This document shows, one piece after another, positions 1 to 9,282 of a DNA stretch of 64,000 nucleotides. Position 1 is the first letter of the stretch; each line of letters begins with the position of its first letter. The notes below the pieces were generated by a model. The model was not told the DNA's origin and ran no database searches. It saw only the letters and a program-made list of their open reading frames with translations. The stretch spans positions 8,053-72,052 of the forward strand of contig JBFWOK010000002.1 in the NCBI GenBank assembly GCA_050250555.1, in the 5' to 3' direction. The translations under genes were made by a program, and so were the position numbers. This stretch comes from Limisphaerales bacterium (GTDB lineage: Bacteria > Verrucomicrobiota > Verrucomicrobiia > Limisphaerales > CAIMTB01).

Positions 1-2688
1 CCGGTCGAACGGGTGTTTGAGCGCCTCGAGGACGATCCGCGCCCCCGTCGGATTATCGAGCCAGGACGCGGCGACGATGGCCTCCAACCGGACCCGGCCG
101 TGGGGATCGTTCGCGGCGCGGAGAAACATCGAGGTGCTGTCGGGGATCTGACGATGGGCATACCGCAGGACGTGAACCGCGGCGGCGCGCGCCTGATGGG
201 CGCGGGCGTGAAGGCACTGCTCGAGCAATCCGCGATCGACGGCGTTTTGGGACCAGGTGACCCAAAGCGCCTCGCAGAGGTGGTGCTCGTAGTTCGGGTC
301 CCGCCGGTCCAGCGACGCCGCCCAGCGCCGGACCGCCGGCAGAACCTCCGCCGCCGGCCTCCCGCGGATTTCGCGTCGTGTCCTGTAGCGGGAACGGTAC
401 TCGGGAAGCTTCAGGTTCTCGAAGAGCTGGTCGAGACTCGCGCCGGCGATCAGCGCCGGTTTGACCAACGGGCGGGCGGGATAGGTGATCCGGTAGATGC
501 GGCCGTGATCGCGGTCGCGATTCGGATCCCGGGCGCTGTGCTGCATGTGGCCGATCAACGCGTTGTGCCAGTCGACGAAGTACAGCGACCCGTCCGGCGC
601 GGTCTCGAGGTCGACCGGACGGAAGTTCGGATCGGTCGACGAGACCAGGTCCCCGATGTGTTGGCCGTCGAAGCCCGAACCGTCCTCCCAGACCTTGTGC
701 AGACTGGTCCCGAGGAATCCGATGCTGTTGCAGATCATGAAGTCGCCCTGGACGTCGTCCGGAAAATGCCGGGAGGAGACGAACTCGGACCCTGACGTGG
801 GCCGGGCGCGTTTCGGGGCGAATTCGCCGACCTTGGGGATTTCGAGGCCGTGCGGGATCTTCGCGGAGACGGGCAGACCCCACCAATTCTGACCGGAGGA
901 GGCATCGGAGATGTACCCCTGATCCCATTCGTCGAAGGCCATGCCCCAAGGGTTGTTGTAGTCGGACTGGCTGTAGCGTTCGAGGCGGTAGCGCTTGGGA
1001 TCGAAACGCCAGACACCGCCGTCGGTCATGCGTTCCGGTCCGTACGGCGTCTCGACCTGGGAATGCAGGAAGCGGCCTTCGAGAAGGTAGAAGGAACCCG
1101 ACGCATCGGCCGCGTACGCGGAGATGGCGTGGTGCGTGTCGTGGGTGTCGAACCCGGTCAGGAGAATCTCCATCCGATCCGCGCGGTCGTCCTTGTCGTC
1201 GTCGATGAGCAGGCAGAGGTGGGGTTCCTGCGACACGTAGACCCCTTCCGGCGCGAGTTCGAAGCCGATGGGCAGGTTGAGGTGATCGGCGAAGACGGTC
1301 TGCTTGTCCGCGCGCCCGTCGCCGTCGGTGTCCTCGAAGATCAGGATCTTGTCATTCGGCCGTTCATCGCCCGGCTTGTAGTGCGGGTAGCTGGGAATCA
1401 CCGAAACCCAGAGTCTGCCGCGGTTGTCGAACGACATCTGCACGGGGCTCTTGAGGTCGGGGAACTCCGATTCCGACGCGAAGAGATCGATCTTGTAGCC
1501 TTCACGCATCGTGAATCGCTCGAGCGCCTTTTCCCGGCCGAGGTACTCGATCGGCTTCTTGAAATTGCTTTCCACCGGCGGGAGAACGCGCGTTTTGTCG
1601 TCGGGAACGGGCGGCAACGTGGCGCTGGCGGCCACCTTCCCGGACGCCATGTCCCAGAGGCGTTCGTCCCGCAGCCGGGTCATTTCGCGCATCTTCAGGA
1701 TCTCGTCCGGATAATTGACGTTGCCGTAGGGCTTGTACCGCTGACCGAAGACATGGACGCCGTTGAGCATCCGGTAGTCGTTGAACCAGAACCAATCCTT
1801 GTCCTCGACCGCCGCGCGGAGGGCGACGGGGTCCGCGGCGGAAACGGCGGCACCGGGACCGTAGATCTTTTCCAGCAGCAGCGGAGCGATGCGGGCATAC
1901 CCGGCATCGTTCAAATGGCAGCCGTTGATCGTGAGCTTGGGTCCGCCCGCGGAGAACCACTGGCGGGTCGGGGAAAACAGGTCCACCGCGCCGACGCCCT
2001 TCTCGCGGGCCACATCGAGCACGGCTCCCGCATAGGCCGCCAGCCGACGGTTTTCGTCGGCACCCTGGGGCAGGTCATAGGCGTCGGTCCGATCCTCGAA
2101 CGCGATCGGCGTCACGAGAATCAGTCGGGGGGCGGTCTTCCCGTTGTAGGCGAGGGACAGCGTGTGGTCCACGAACGCCGCGAGTTCGGCCCGGAAATTC
2201 GCGACGCGCTCCAGTCCGTCGAACGACTCGTTGTACCCGAAGAAGGCGAGCAGTGTCGTCGGTTTGACTTCGAACAGCCATTCGTCCGGCGTGGGGTGGT
2301 GCCCGATGCCGAAGTGGGCCGACAACTCCGGGTGGAACTTTTCCGCTCCCGGAAAGGCCCATTGGGTCTTCCGAGCCGGGTTCGGTCGGAACCCGGGGGT
2401 GTCGCCCGGGTTGCACTGGTTGCGGACGGTCAGGCGGGCCTGGGGAAACCGCAGGTGCAGGCCCGTTTCGAAATGGCCGAAATGCAGCATCCGTTCGCCC
2501 AGGGAATTGCCGATCATGGCCACCGTCTCGCCGGGAACGGGCTGAAGGGGCAGGACAACGGGCGGCGGATTCGCCGGCGCCGCGGGGGGCTGGGCGTACG
2601 TCGGCAGTCCGTCGGAGGAGGCCGCGAAGGCCGTTCCGGCGAGGTTCAGTCCCACGATCAGGACCGCGAGGATTCCCGGGATGCGCAT
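1..2688 (-). CDS. PVC-type membrane-bound dehydrogenase-like protein (N-terminal SGNH/GDSL-like domain, beta-propeller domain, HEAT-like repeats); 3' end runs off the window
   Basis: Absent from the ORF track because it is truncated at the window edge. Manual reverse translation from the ATG at 2688..2686 gives an uninterrupted 896-codon frame to position 1. It starts with signal peptide MRIPGILAVLIVGLNLAGTAFA, then AMIGNSLGERM, FDNRGRLWVSVIPSYPHYKPGDERPNDKILIFEDTDGDGRADKQTVFADHLNLPIGFE, NPWGMAFDEWDQ, APDGSLYFVDWHN and HGRVRLEAIVAASW. These motifs fit the Planctomycetes/Verrucomicrobia membrane-bound dehydrogenase family, which normally ends in a CxxCH domain that would lie outside the window. 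Confidence 0.8.
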   Translation of the reverse strand, partial: MRIPGILAVLIVGLNLAGTAFAASSDGLPTYAQPPAAPANPPPVVLPLQPVPGETVAMIGNSLGERMLHFGHFETGLHLRFPQARLTVRNQCNPGDTPGFRPNPARKTQWAFPGAEKFHPELSAHFGIGHHPTPDEWLFEVKPTTLLAFFGYNESFDGLERVANFRAELAAFVDHTLSLAYNGKTAPRLILVTPIAFEDRTDAYDLPQGADENRRLAAYAGAVLDVAREKGVGAVDLFSPTRQWFSAGGPKLTINGCHLNDAGYARIAPLLLEKIYGPGAAVSAADPVALRAAVEDKDWFWFNDYRMLNGVHVFGQRYKPYGNVNYPDEILKMREMTRLRDERLWDMASGKVAASATLPPVPDDKTRVLPPVESNFKKPIEYLGREKALERFTMREGYKIDLFASESEFPDLKSPVQMSFDNRGRLWVSVIPSYPHYKPGDERPNDKILIFEDTDGDGRADKQTVFADHLNLPIGFELAPEGVYVSQEPHLCLLIDDDKDDRADRMEILLTGFDTHDTHHAISAYAADASGSFYLLEGRFLHSQVETPYGPERMTDGGVWRFDPKRYRLERYSQSDYNNPWGMAFDEWDQGYISDASSGQNWWGLPVSAKIPHGLEIPKVGEFAPKRARPTSGSEFVSSRHFPDDVQGDFMICNSIGFLGTSLHKVWEDGSGFDGQHIGDLVSSTDPNFRPVDLETAPDGSLYFVDWHNALIGHMQHSARDPNRDRDHGRIYRITYPARPLVKPALIAGASLDQLFENLKLPEYRSRYRTRREIRGRPAAEVLPAVRRWAASLDRRDPNYEHHLCEALWVTWSQNAVDRGLLEQCLHARAHQARAAAVHVLRYAHRQIPDSTSMFLRAANDPHGRVRLEAIVAASWLDNPTGARIVLEALKHPFDR

Positions 2689-2775
2689 CCGCCATGTCTA
2701 CCCAAGGCCCCGGCTGTTTGTCACCTGTCCGACTGATTTGGAGGCAGTCCCGGAAGGTGGGCACATCGCCATCTT

Positions 2776-3069
2776 GTGGGTAGTTTCGACGAGTTGCGAC
2801 TCGCGCGTTGGATCCATGAACTCGAGAAGCATCACACGGAGCCGCGGAGGCACGGAGGGGGACGGAATCCGACTTCGGATCTCCGTGTCTCAGTGCCTCC
2901 GTGAGAGAATTCCGGTTCATGGGTAGCATCAACGAGTTGCGACTCGCGCGTTGGATCCATGAACCCGAGAGGCATCACACGGAGGCGCGGAGGCACGGAG
3001 GGGGACGGAATCCATCCTCAAATCTCCGTGTCTCAGTGCCTCTGTGAGAGAATTCCGGTTCATGGGTAG
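2776..3069. repeat. Tandem duplication (2 copies, period about 142 bp) of an intergenic element containing a CACGGAG-type hairpin
   Basis: Copy 1 (about 2788-2927) and copy 2 (about 2930-3069) align almost base for base: ...cgagttgcgactcgcgcgttggatccatgaac[tc]cgaga[ag]gcatcacacggag[cg]cgcggaggcacggagggggacggaatcc...ctccgtgtctcagtgcctc[ct]gtgagagaattccggttcatgggtag. Each unit has complementary arms: ggaggcac with gtgcctcc, and cacggag with ctccgtg. Confidence 0.85.
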
Positions 3070-3230
3070 GCCCCCCCGGAATTGATCCCTTCGGCAGGGA
3101 ATGACATCGTTCCGGGCGTCGTCCCCGTTTCGGGCATGGGTTCATTCAACGAGCGCTCCGAGGCGTTGCTCTTGGATCGGAACGGCAACGTTGCCGGAGT
3201 ATCGGAATCCCTTGGCGTTTCGACCCCAGC

Positions 3231-4004
3231 ATGAATCTAAACCTGACAGGACAGCGGGTGGCCGTGTTCGGTGGAGCGCGGGGAATCGGCCGGGCCATTG
3301 CGGAGGGGTTCGTCGCGGAAGGGTGCGAGAGCCTGGTCTTCGACCGAGAAGCGCCTTCCCCGGGTCAACCCCGGATCGGCCCCACCACCCTCGGTGATGT
3401 CACCCGGTACGAAGCCGTGAAGGCCTTCGCGACGGAGGCTGGCCGCGTGGACCACGTCGTTTTCTCGGTGGGCGTGGGTTCCGGCAAGTTCGGGTTCCCG
3501 TTCTGGAATCTCGAACCGTCGGATTGGCCCCGGGTGTTGGAGGTGAATCTTCTCGGCGCGGTGAATGTCGCCCACGCGTTCGCCCCCGGGTTCGTCGAGC
3601 GCCGGCGCGGCACGATGCTGTTCCTGGTCTCGGTGGCCGGACAGATCGGGTCCCAGACCGACCCCCCGTACAGCGCCGCGAAGGCGGGGTTGATCAACTT
3701 CGTTCAATGCGCGGCCAGGGATCTTGCGGCGTTCGGGGTTCGGGTGAACGCACTCTCACCCGGGATGGTGAAGACGGATTTGAATCGGTCTGTCTGGGAA
3801 GCGGGCCAACGGACGCTCCGGCCTTCCGAGCGCCAGGAGTACGAGGCCTGGGCCGCGTCGAAGATCCGGAAGGTGTCGCCGCTGGGACAATGGCAGGCGC
3901 CGGAGGAGTTCGCGGCGATGGCGGTGTTCCTGGCGTCCGACCACGCCCGCAACATCACGGGACAGACGCTCAACGTCGACGGCGGCCAAGTGATGCACGC
4001 GTGA
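3231..4004 (+). CDS. SDR family oxidoreductase (FabG-like short-chain dehydrogenase/reductase)
   Basis: 257-aa ORF. Rossmann motif VFGGARGIGRAIA, catalytic Y-x3-K (YSAAKAG), VNALSPGMVKT, and C-terminal ITGQTLNVDGG typical of classical SDRs. Confidence 0.9.
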   Translation: MNLNLTGQRVAVFGGARGIGRAIAEGFVAEGCESLVFDREAPSPGQPRIGPTTLGDVTRYEAVKAFATEAGRVDHVVFSVGVGSGKFGFPFWNLEPSDWPRVLEVNLLGAVNVAHAFAPGFVERRRGTMLFLVSVAGQIGSQTDPPYSAAKAGLINFVQCAARDLAAFGVRVNALSPGMVKTDLNRSVWEAGQRTLRPSERQEYEAWAASKIRKVSPLGQWQAPEEFAAMAVFLASDHARNITGQTLNVDGGQVMHA

Positions 4005-4090
4005 ACCGTTCCGTTCGGTTCCTGGCCGGTCCAGTCCGGAGCCGAGGGTTTCTCAATGTTTTCAGTGGGTCATCGGCTCAACCGATTCAC

Positions 4091-4470
4091 GCCTGGGGCT
4101 TGGGTCGCTCCTAGCGGAGCTTGAGATTCATTGGCGACCGATCCTTGCTATAGACCGGCCACCCCTACGGGGTTGTGCGGCAATTTCTCGCGACCGAATC
4201 AAGAATACCGCCTTCGATGATCGGCCCATCTCCCCCCCCCAAGGGTTGGTGAAACAAGGTTCTCCGCACGAGGGAAGGCCGAACACGATCGGTGGGCTCA
4301 GGAAAAATGGCCAATATCCCGGGCCCTACGGGTCTTGGATGGCGCACGGTTCCCTTGAACGGGCCCGCCCGTGGGCCTTCCTGGCTCAAGCCCCGTCAGG
4401 GGCGACCCGTCTATAGCAGGCCAATACCCAAAGCTCCCCCAAGCTCCGTAGGAGCGGCCCGTTCCCACGG
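4091..4470. repeat. MITE-like palindromic intergenic element (about 85-bp imperfect inverted arms around a ~200-bp core)
   Basis: The left arm at 4091-4176 reads gcctggggcttgggtcgctcctagcggagcttgag...ccttgctatagaccggccacccctacggggttg. It is the imperfect reverse complement of the right arm at 4385-4470 (ctcaagccccgtcaggggcgacccgtctatagcaggcc...caagctccgtaggagcggccc). No credible ORF lies inside, and the core contains a C9 tract at 4232-4240. Confidence 0.6.
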
Positions 4471-4571
4471 CGTCTCACGCTGATATCCGGTGATTCCGAC
4501 CCATCCACCGGAATCATCGAGGAACCGGGCGGATCGCGGGTGGGTGCGCCTCCGGAAGAACGTCTATTCGC

Positions 4572-5438
4572 CTATTCGTAGAGCCGGAACAGGCCCGAAT
4601 GGTCCAGGTCGCCGAGCCCCCTGGATTCGACCATCGACTCCCATTGGGCCAGGCAGGTGGCGAGTGTCGGCGATTGAAAACCGACCGACGCGGCCAGGTC
4701 GCAGATGAGACGGACATCCTTGAGTTGGAGCGTCGCCCGTCCGCCCGGGGCGAAATCGCGGCGGACCATGCGATCGCCGTGCAGGTCAAGGATTCGGCTT
4801 TCGGCGAATCCGCCCAGCAACGCCTTCCGGACCAATGAGGAGTCGACTCCCGCGAGTTCGGCGAGTCGCAGGGCTTGCGCGACGGCGTCGATGGTTTGGG
4901 CGACGATCAATTGATTGGCGAGCTTGGTGACCTGACCGGCGCCGGAGGCGCCCACATGCGTGACGCGTTGTCCGACCGTTTGGAGGATGGGCAGGACCCT
5001 CTGAAAGTGCTCGGGCGTTCCCCCGGCCATGATGGTGAGTGAGGCGGCCTCGGCACCGACCTGTCCGCCGGAGACGGGTGCGTCGACCCAGGACACGCGC
5101 GAGGCGAACCCGCGGGTGGCGTCGACCCCCGTGGTGCCGAAATCGACGATGAGCGCGTCGGAGGAGAGGCCTTCGGCAAGTCCGCCAGGACCGAACACCA
5201 CCTGTTCGACGACCTCGGTCGTGGTGAGATTGAGGCCGAGGATTCCTGGGCCGATCGCGCGTGCGAGTTCTGGAAGGGACGCGGCCCGGCGCATGCCCAG
5301 GGCGACGGCGGCTTCGGCCGGACCGGGCCGGCGGCTCCAGACCCAAACCTCGGCGCCGGCGGCGTGGAGGTGGCGGGTCATCGGCCGGCCCATGTTGCCG
5401 AGTCCGACAAAACCGATCTTGTGGCTTGATAATGACAT
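4572..5438 (-). CDS. NAD(P)-dependent beta-hydroxyacid dehydrogenase (3-hydroxyisobutyrate dehydrogenase / 2-hydroxy-3-oxopropionate reductase family)
   Basis: 288 aa. N-terminal dinucleotide fold IGFVGLGNMGRPM, then DAPVSGG, TIMAGG and GAGQVTKLANQLIV, as in the HIBADH/GarR/LtnD-type family. Confidence 0.9.
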   Translation of the reverse strand: MSLSSHKIGFVGLGNMGRPMTRHLHAAGAEVWVWSRRPGPAEAAVALGMRRAASLPELARAIGPGILGLNLTTTEVVEQVVFGPGGLAEGLSSDALIVDFGTTGVDATRGFASRVSWVDAPVSGGQVGAEAASLTIMAGGTPEHFQRVLPILQTVGQRVTHVGASGAGQVTKLANQLIVAQTIDAVAQALRLAELAGVDSSLVRKALLGGFAESRILDLHGDRMVRRDFAPGGRATLQLKDVRLICDLAASVGFQSPTLATCLAQWESMVESRGLGDLDHSGLFRLYE

Positions 5439-5506
5439 ATCGGGGATGAGGATCGGATTACACCCTTGGCGAACGAGGCCTGCCAGCCTTCACCTGGGTT
5501 GCGCGC

Positions 5507-6496
5507 ATGAAAATTGTCATCACGGGCGGTGGTGGTTTTTTGGGCTCTCGACTGTGCGCGAAGCTGCTGGAACGGGGCCGATTGACGGGAACTTCGGGCG
5601 GGCCGGAAGCGATCGATGAAATCGTGCTCTTCGACGCCGCGTTCGGAGTTGTTCCGGCGGATGGACGGGTTCGACAGGTGACGGCCGACATCCGTGATCG
5701 GGCCGTGGTCTTTGCCGCGGTCGGTCGCGAACCGGCGACGTCGATTTTCCATCTTGCGTCCATGGTCAGTGGTGAGTGTGAAGAGCGTTTCGACGACGCG
5801 TTGCAGGTGAATCTGGATGGCGGACGGAACGTGTTTGAGGCGGCGCGCGCAATTGCAGGACGTCCACGCGTGGTCTTTGCGAGCAGCATCGCGTGTTTTG
5901 GAGGAGAGGCGATGGGGGCGTCGAATTCCGACCGGACGAAGCTCACTCCGCGGACGACCTACGGGATGACCAAGGCGATGTGCGAACTGCTGGTGAACGA
6001 TCATTCCCGCAAAGGTCATTTCGACGGCCGCTCGGCACGGCTGCCGACCGTGATCATTCGACCGGGCAAACCGAACGCGGCGGCATCGGGCTGGGCGAGT
6101 GGCATGTTTCGCGAACCTTTGAAGGGCCAGGATTGCCCACTTCCGGTCCGGCGGGACCAGTGTCATCCGATGACGGGCTATCGAACCGTGATCGAGTCGC
6201 TGATCGCACTGCACGAGATTCCCGCTGAAAAACTGCGGGACGATCGGGCCTTCGGATTGCCAGCGCATCCGGTGACGCCCCGCCTGGCCGAGCAGGTGCT
6301 GGCCCGGGTTGCCGCCGAGAGGGGCCTGAAGATCGGTCGGATCGTGGATGCGTTCAGCCCGACGATCCAGGGGATCGTGGACAACTGGCCGGTTGCCGTG
6401 GACGGTTCGCGCGCGGTGGGGATGGGGCTCCCGGAACCGCCGCCGCTGGAAGCGATCGTGCGGCAGTATCTTGAGGATTTCGGATCCATGAATTGA
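5507..6496 (+). CDS. denD: NAD-dependent epimerase/dehydratase family protein, D-erythronate dehydrogenase (DenD)-like
   Basis: 329 aa. MKIVITGGGGFLGSRL Rossmann start, catalytic YGMTKAM (Y-x3-K), and the segment RLPTVIIRPGKPNAAASGWASGMFREPLKG that I recall as characteristic of DenD-type enzymes. The symbol is recalled from memory of the family, not from a search. Confidence 0.7.
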   Translation: MKIVITGGGGFLGSRLCAKLLERGRLTGTSGGPEAIDEIVLFDAAFGVVPADGRVRQVTADIRDRAVVFAAVGREPATSIFHLASMVSGECEERFDDALQVNLDGGRNVFEAARAIAGRPRVVFASSIACFGGEAMGASNSDRTKLTPRTTYGMTKAMCELLVNDHSRKGHFDGRSARLPTVIIRPGKPNAAASGWASGMFREPLKGQDCPLPVRRDQCHPMTGYRTVIESLIALHEIPAEKLRDDRAFGLPAHPVTPRLAEQVLARVAAERGLKIGRIVDAFSPTIQGIVDNWPVAVDGSRAVGMGLPEPPPLEAIVRQYLEDFGSMN

Positions 6497-6542
6497 TGTT
6501 TCTCGTGAACCGAGAGCCAGCCACCGGGACACGGCAGCGCGG

Positions 6543-7421
6543 TCATTGCATCCAGCCGGGAAACGTCTTGGTGCGCTCCATGCCGTGTCGCTGGTAGGTG
6601 CGGTGCCAGCGGAACCCCCAAAGCGCCTTCGGCTTGCGGGCGCCCCGGACCGACTGATCGAAGAAGACGAGGTTCAATCCTCGGCCATGCCGGGCCACCG
6701 CGAAGTGCTTGGTTTCGGCGCCCGCGCCACTCCACTCACCGTTGTAGGTCGGGGCCGCGTCCTTCGTGCCATCCCGGTGATCCGGCCCGCCGCCCCGCCA
6801 CATGGCGTCGAGGAAGAGTGGGATGTCCGACGGCTGATCCGCCGCGTCGAAGGTCCGCCAGTGGTCCGCCGCGCGCCGGCCCTGGATATCGGTGCGGGCG
6901 TTGTAGACCCAGTTGTTGCCTCCGTAGCTGCTGACAAGGAAAGCCGCTCCGGCCTCCTGGTCTTCGGCGAAGTTCGGAAAGTTGTAGGCCGAACGGGCGC
7001 CGCCGTACTGGGCCAACCGGTTCTCCGGAGTCCCGATGGGCCGCAGGATCTCCTGTCGGCCGCCGCCGGTGGCCCGCCGTTGTGTCGCTTCCGGACAGAG
7101 CAGGAGATACGGCTTCTGCCGGTAATGGCGGGCCAGGGCCCGGACCCACTCACCCCGCGCCCAGCCGACGGTGTCGCCGTCGCTGAACTTCCCGTCGTTC
7201 TCGTCGGTGTAGAAGGCCCAGATCAGGCCCCATTGCTTCAGGTTGGAGATGCACTTCACCGATCGGGCCTGGCCCTTGGCCCGCGAGAGGGCCGGGAGAA
7301 GCATGCTCGCGAGGATCGCGATGATGGCGATCACGACGAGCAACTCGATCAGGGTGAACGCGGCCCGGGACCGGATCCTTGCACGACCGGTGCCGAAAAA
7401 TCGGGTTGCGCAGGGTGCCAT
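6543..7421 (-). CDS. Prepilin-type N-terminal cleavage/methylation domain protein (type II secretion pseudopilin-like, H-X9-DG family variant)
   Basis: Start moved to internal Met49 of ORF 6543..7565 (ATG at 7421). The N-terminus is [49 protein letters not shown], the classic prepilin leader plus hydrophobic helix. The C-terminal [14 protein letters not shown] resembles the H-X9-DG motif. Confidence 0.85.
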   Translation of the reverse strand: MAPCATRFFGTGRARIRSRAAFTLIELLVVIAIIAILASMLLPALSRAKGQARSVKCISNLKQWGLIWAFYTDENDGKFSDGDTVGWARGEWVRALARHYRQKPYLLLCPEATQRRATGGGRQEILRPIGTPENRLAQYGGARSAYNFPNFAEDQEAGAAFLVSSYGGNNWVYNARTDIQGRRAADHWRTFDAADQPSDIPLFLDAMWRGGGPDHRDGTKDAAPTYNGEWSGAGAETKHFAVARHGRGLNLVFFDQSVRGARKPKALWGFRWHRTYQRHGMERTKTFPGWMQ

Positions 7422-7688
7422 GGCGGAGGGAACCCGTCCATGAGGCCCGTCACACTGGATCCAGCAATGGTTGTTTTGGGGCACAGGAAGGTTCGAAGCC
7501 CTCCCCGCGCGTTGGGATGAGCGCCGAGAATCGCTTCGTTCCCGATGAAATCGAGATCCAACCATTCGGCATTCCCCGCCTCCGCGCGGAGGATGTGTTC
7601 TCCTCCGATAGATAAAAGCCGGAGGAACCTTGCGGCTCCTCCGGCCAATCAGGCCCGCGAACGACGGATCGCGGTCAGGAATCAGTGT

Positions 7689-8351
7689 TCATGGCTTCGA
7701 ATCCCCGCCCGCCTTCGCCGAGGCGGGGGCGGGTTTGTCGGACTGCTCATTCCCGGCACCCATCAGCTTCTTCAGCAGGTCCTTCGGGAATTTGTCGAAG
7801 TGCGAGGCGAGCTTGATGATCTTCCCGAGGGAGACGTGTCCGACGACATTGCCGATCACCACGTCGTCGCCGTCGTGGACCAGCACCGCGAGACCGGCCA
7901 GGGTCTCACCCGACGGATCCCCGAGGGCGTAGACCCCGACATTCTCCTCCGGTACCGAGGCGAGCGCCGTCCATCCGCGCTCGAGGGTGTTCCGCAGCGC
8001 GGCGACTCCCGCCTTCAACGCGGCGCGATTGGTCTCGTTCCCTTCAATGACCACGACCCGGATGAGTTTCACGTCCTTGATGAGGTCGGCGACGTTGATG
8101 CCGGCGGCCGCGAACGGATCGTTCGTGCCTCCGTTCAACTCCGAGACGGCGTCCTTCAGAAGGAACCGGGGCAGGTTCACGCTCACTTCGGGACGAATCG
8201 TCTTCAGGTCGATCAACCGGTCGATGGGCAGAAACGCGGGATCGGCTTCGGGACCGGATTGCGCCGCGGTCCGCAGAGGAGCGACAGCGATCAGGGCGAG
8301 GGTGAGTACGGATAGGGACAGAGACAGGTGTTTCTTCATGTTCATTGTCAT
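7689..8351 (-). CDS. DUF4252-like exported protein (third gene of the ECF sigma module)
   Basis: The true start is probably the ATG at 8351, which overlaps the upstream stop (ATGA). Signal peptide MKKHLSLSLSVLTLALIAVAPLRTAAQ. Motifs DVKLIRVVVIEG and VVIGNVVGHVSLGKIIKL are typical of DUF4252 proteins that follow ECF sigma/anti-sigma pairs. The long N-terminal extension in ORF 7689..8708 is Arg/Pro-rich junk overlapping the anti-sigma gene. Confidence 0.75.
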   Translation of the reverse strand: MTMNMKKHLSLSLSVLTLALIAVAPLRTAAQSGPEADPAFLPIDRLIDLKTIRPEVSVNLPRFLLKDAVSELNGGTNDPFAAAGINVADLIKDVKLIRVVVIEGNETNRAALKAGVAALRNTLERGWTALASVPEENVGVYALGDPSGETLAGLAVLVHDGDDVVIGNVVGHVSLGKIIKLASHFDKFPKDLLKKLMGAGNEQSDKPAPASAKAGGDSKP

Positions 8352-8755
8352 AGGGGATGGGTGATGAGGGTTTTTGCCGTCTGAAGACTCTTGATGAACG
8401 GAGGTCCGGCTTCCTGCCGGACGGCGGACTCGGCCGAACTCCCGGCCTGGATCAGGACGTGGCCGATCGCGGCGAGCGCCGCATGGGTCTGCTCGAGGAC
8501 CAGGGCGTGATCGGTCTCGGGGCGCACCTCGCCGACAAGCCGGTTCTCGTCCCGGCGCGCGGACCCAGGCCAAAGCAGAGCAATGACCAAAACGAGGGAT
8601 GCCAGTCCGGCCAACGCGCCCCATGCCCACGCGGGTCCGCGCGGTCGTTTCGGGGTTTTGCCCCGGGGGATGGCGCGTGAGACCTGGTCGAGCACCGAGG
8701 GAGGGCAAGTCTCGTTCCGGAGTTCCCGGATCAGTCGTTCGATAGGGTCATCCAT
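8348..8755 (-). CDS. Putative anti-sigma factor (single-pass membrane protein)
   Basis: 135 aa. Overlaps the ECF sigma gene stop by 25 nt. One hydrophobic helix (WAWGALAGLASLVLVIALLW) follows a short cytoplasmic N-terminal region. The call rests mostly on position between the sigma and DUF4252 genes. Confidence 0.65.
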   Translation of the reverse strand: MDDPIERLIRELRNETCPPSVLDQVSRAIPRGKTPKRPRGPAWAWGALAGLASLVLVIALLWPGSARRDENRLVGEVRPETDHALVLEQTHAALAAIGHVLIQAGSSAESAVRQEAGPPFIKSLQTAKTLITHPL

Positions 8756-9282
8756 GTTTCCTCCTTCTTGCTTAGAATCGTGGCGAGCTGCTGGCGGGCG
8801 CGGAGCAAGCGCACCTTCACCGTGTTGATGGGGATCTGAAGCGTGGCGGCGATTTCGCGGTATCGAAGCCGGTTGACTTCGTAGAGCACGAAGACGCTTC
8901 GAAGCGACTCGGGCAGCCTCCGAAGTGCCTCATGCGCCTGCTCCAACCGGGTCGTCGAATCCGCCGCCAGACTGGGATCGACCGCCCGTTCGTCCTCCCG
9001 TTCGCCCAGCGCTTCCTCTTCGCCCTGGAGGACCCGGGCCGTCCGCGCGCGCCGCCGGATCTGATCGAGGCAATAGTTCCGTGTGGTGCGGAAAAGCCAG
9101 GCCTTGAGGTTGAAGACGCGGACAGTGGGCAGATGATTCCAGAGCCGCAGCAAGACCTCCTGGGTCGCGTCCTCGGCGTCCGCCGCGTTGCCGAGCATCG
9201 CCCGCGCGTAGCGGAAGAGATCGTCGCGATGCCGATGGCACAGCAGTTGGAATTCCAGGTCCCGAATCATGTGACCGCACAC
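8731..9282 (-). CDS. RNA polymerase ECF-type sigma-70 factor
   Basis: 183 aa. Region 2 (DAEDATQEVLLRLWNHL, WLFRTTRNYCLDQIRRR) and region 4 (LPESLRSVFVLYEVNRLRYREIAATLQIPINTVKVRLLRARQQL). The start may be GTG at 9282 or ATG at 9270. Confidence 0.9.
   Translation of the reverse strand: MCGHMIRDLEFQLLCHRHRDDLFRYARAMLGNAADAEDATQEVLLRLWNHLPTVRVFNLKAWLFRTTRNYCLDQIRRRARTARVLQGEEEALGEREDERAVDPSLAADSTTRLEQAHEALRRLPESLRSVFVLYEVNRLRYREIAATLQIPINTVKVRLLRARQQLATILSKKEETWMTLSND

Noticed and set aside
850-2736. 628-aa plus-strand ORF, together with 13..795 +, 53..949 - and 2075..2932 -
   Set aside because: They are Arg/Gly/Pro/Val-rich with no recognisable motifs, and they lie antisense or out of frame to the strongly supported minus-strand dehydrogenase-like gene (1..2688). 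This is a typical high-GC shadow-ORF artefact.
2776-3069. Possible CRISPR array
   Set aside because: There are only two units with a 142-bp period and no unique spacers between short repeats, and no cas genes are in the window. It is a tandem duplication of a structured element.
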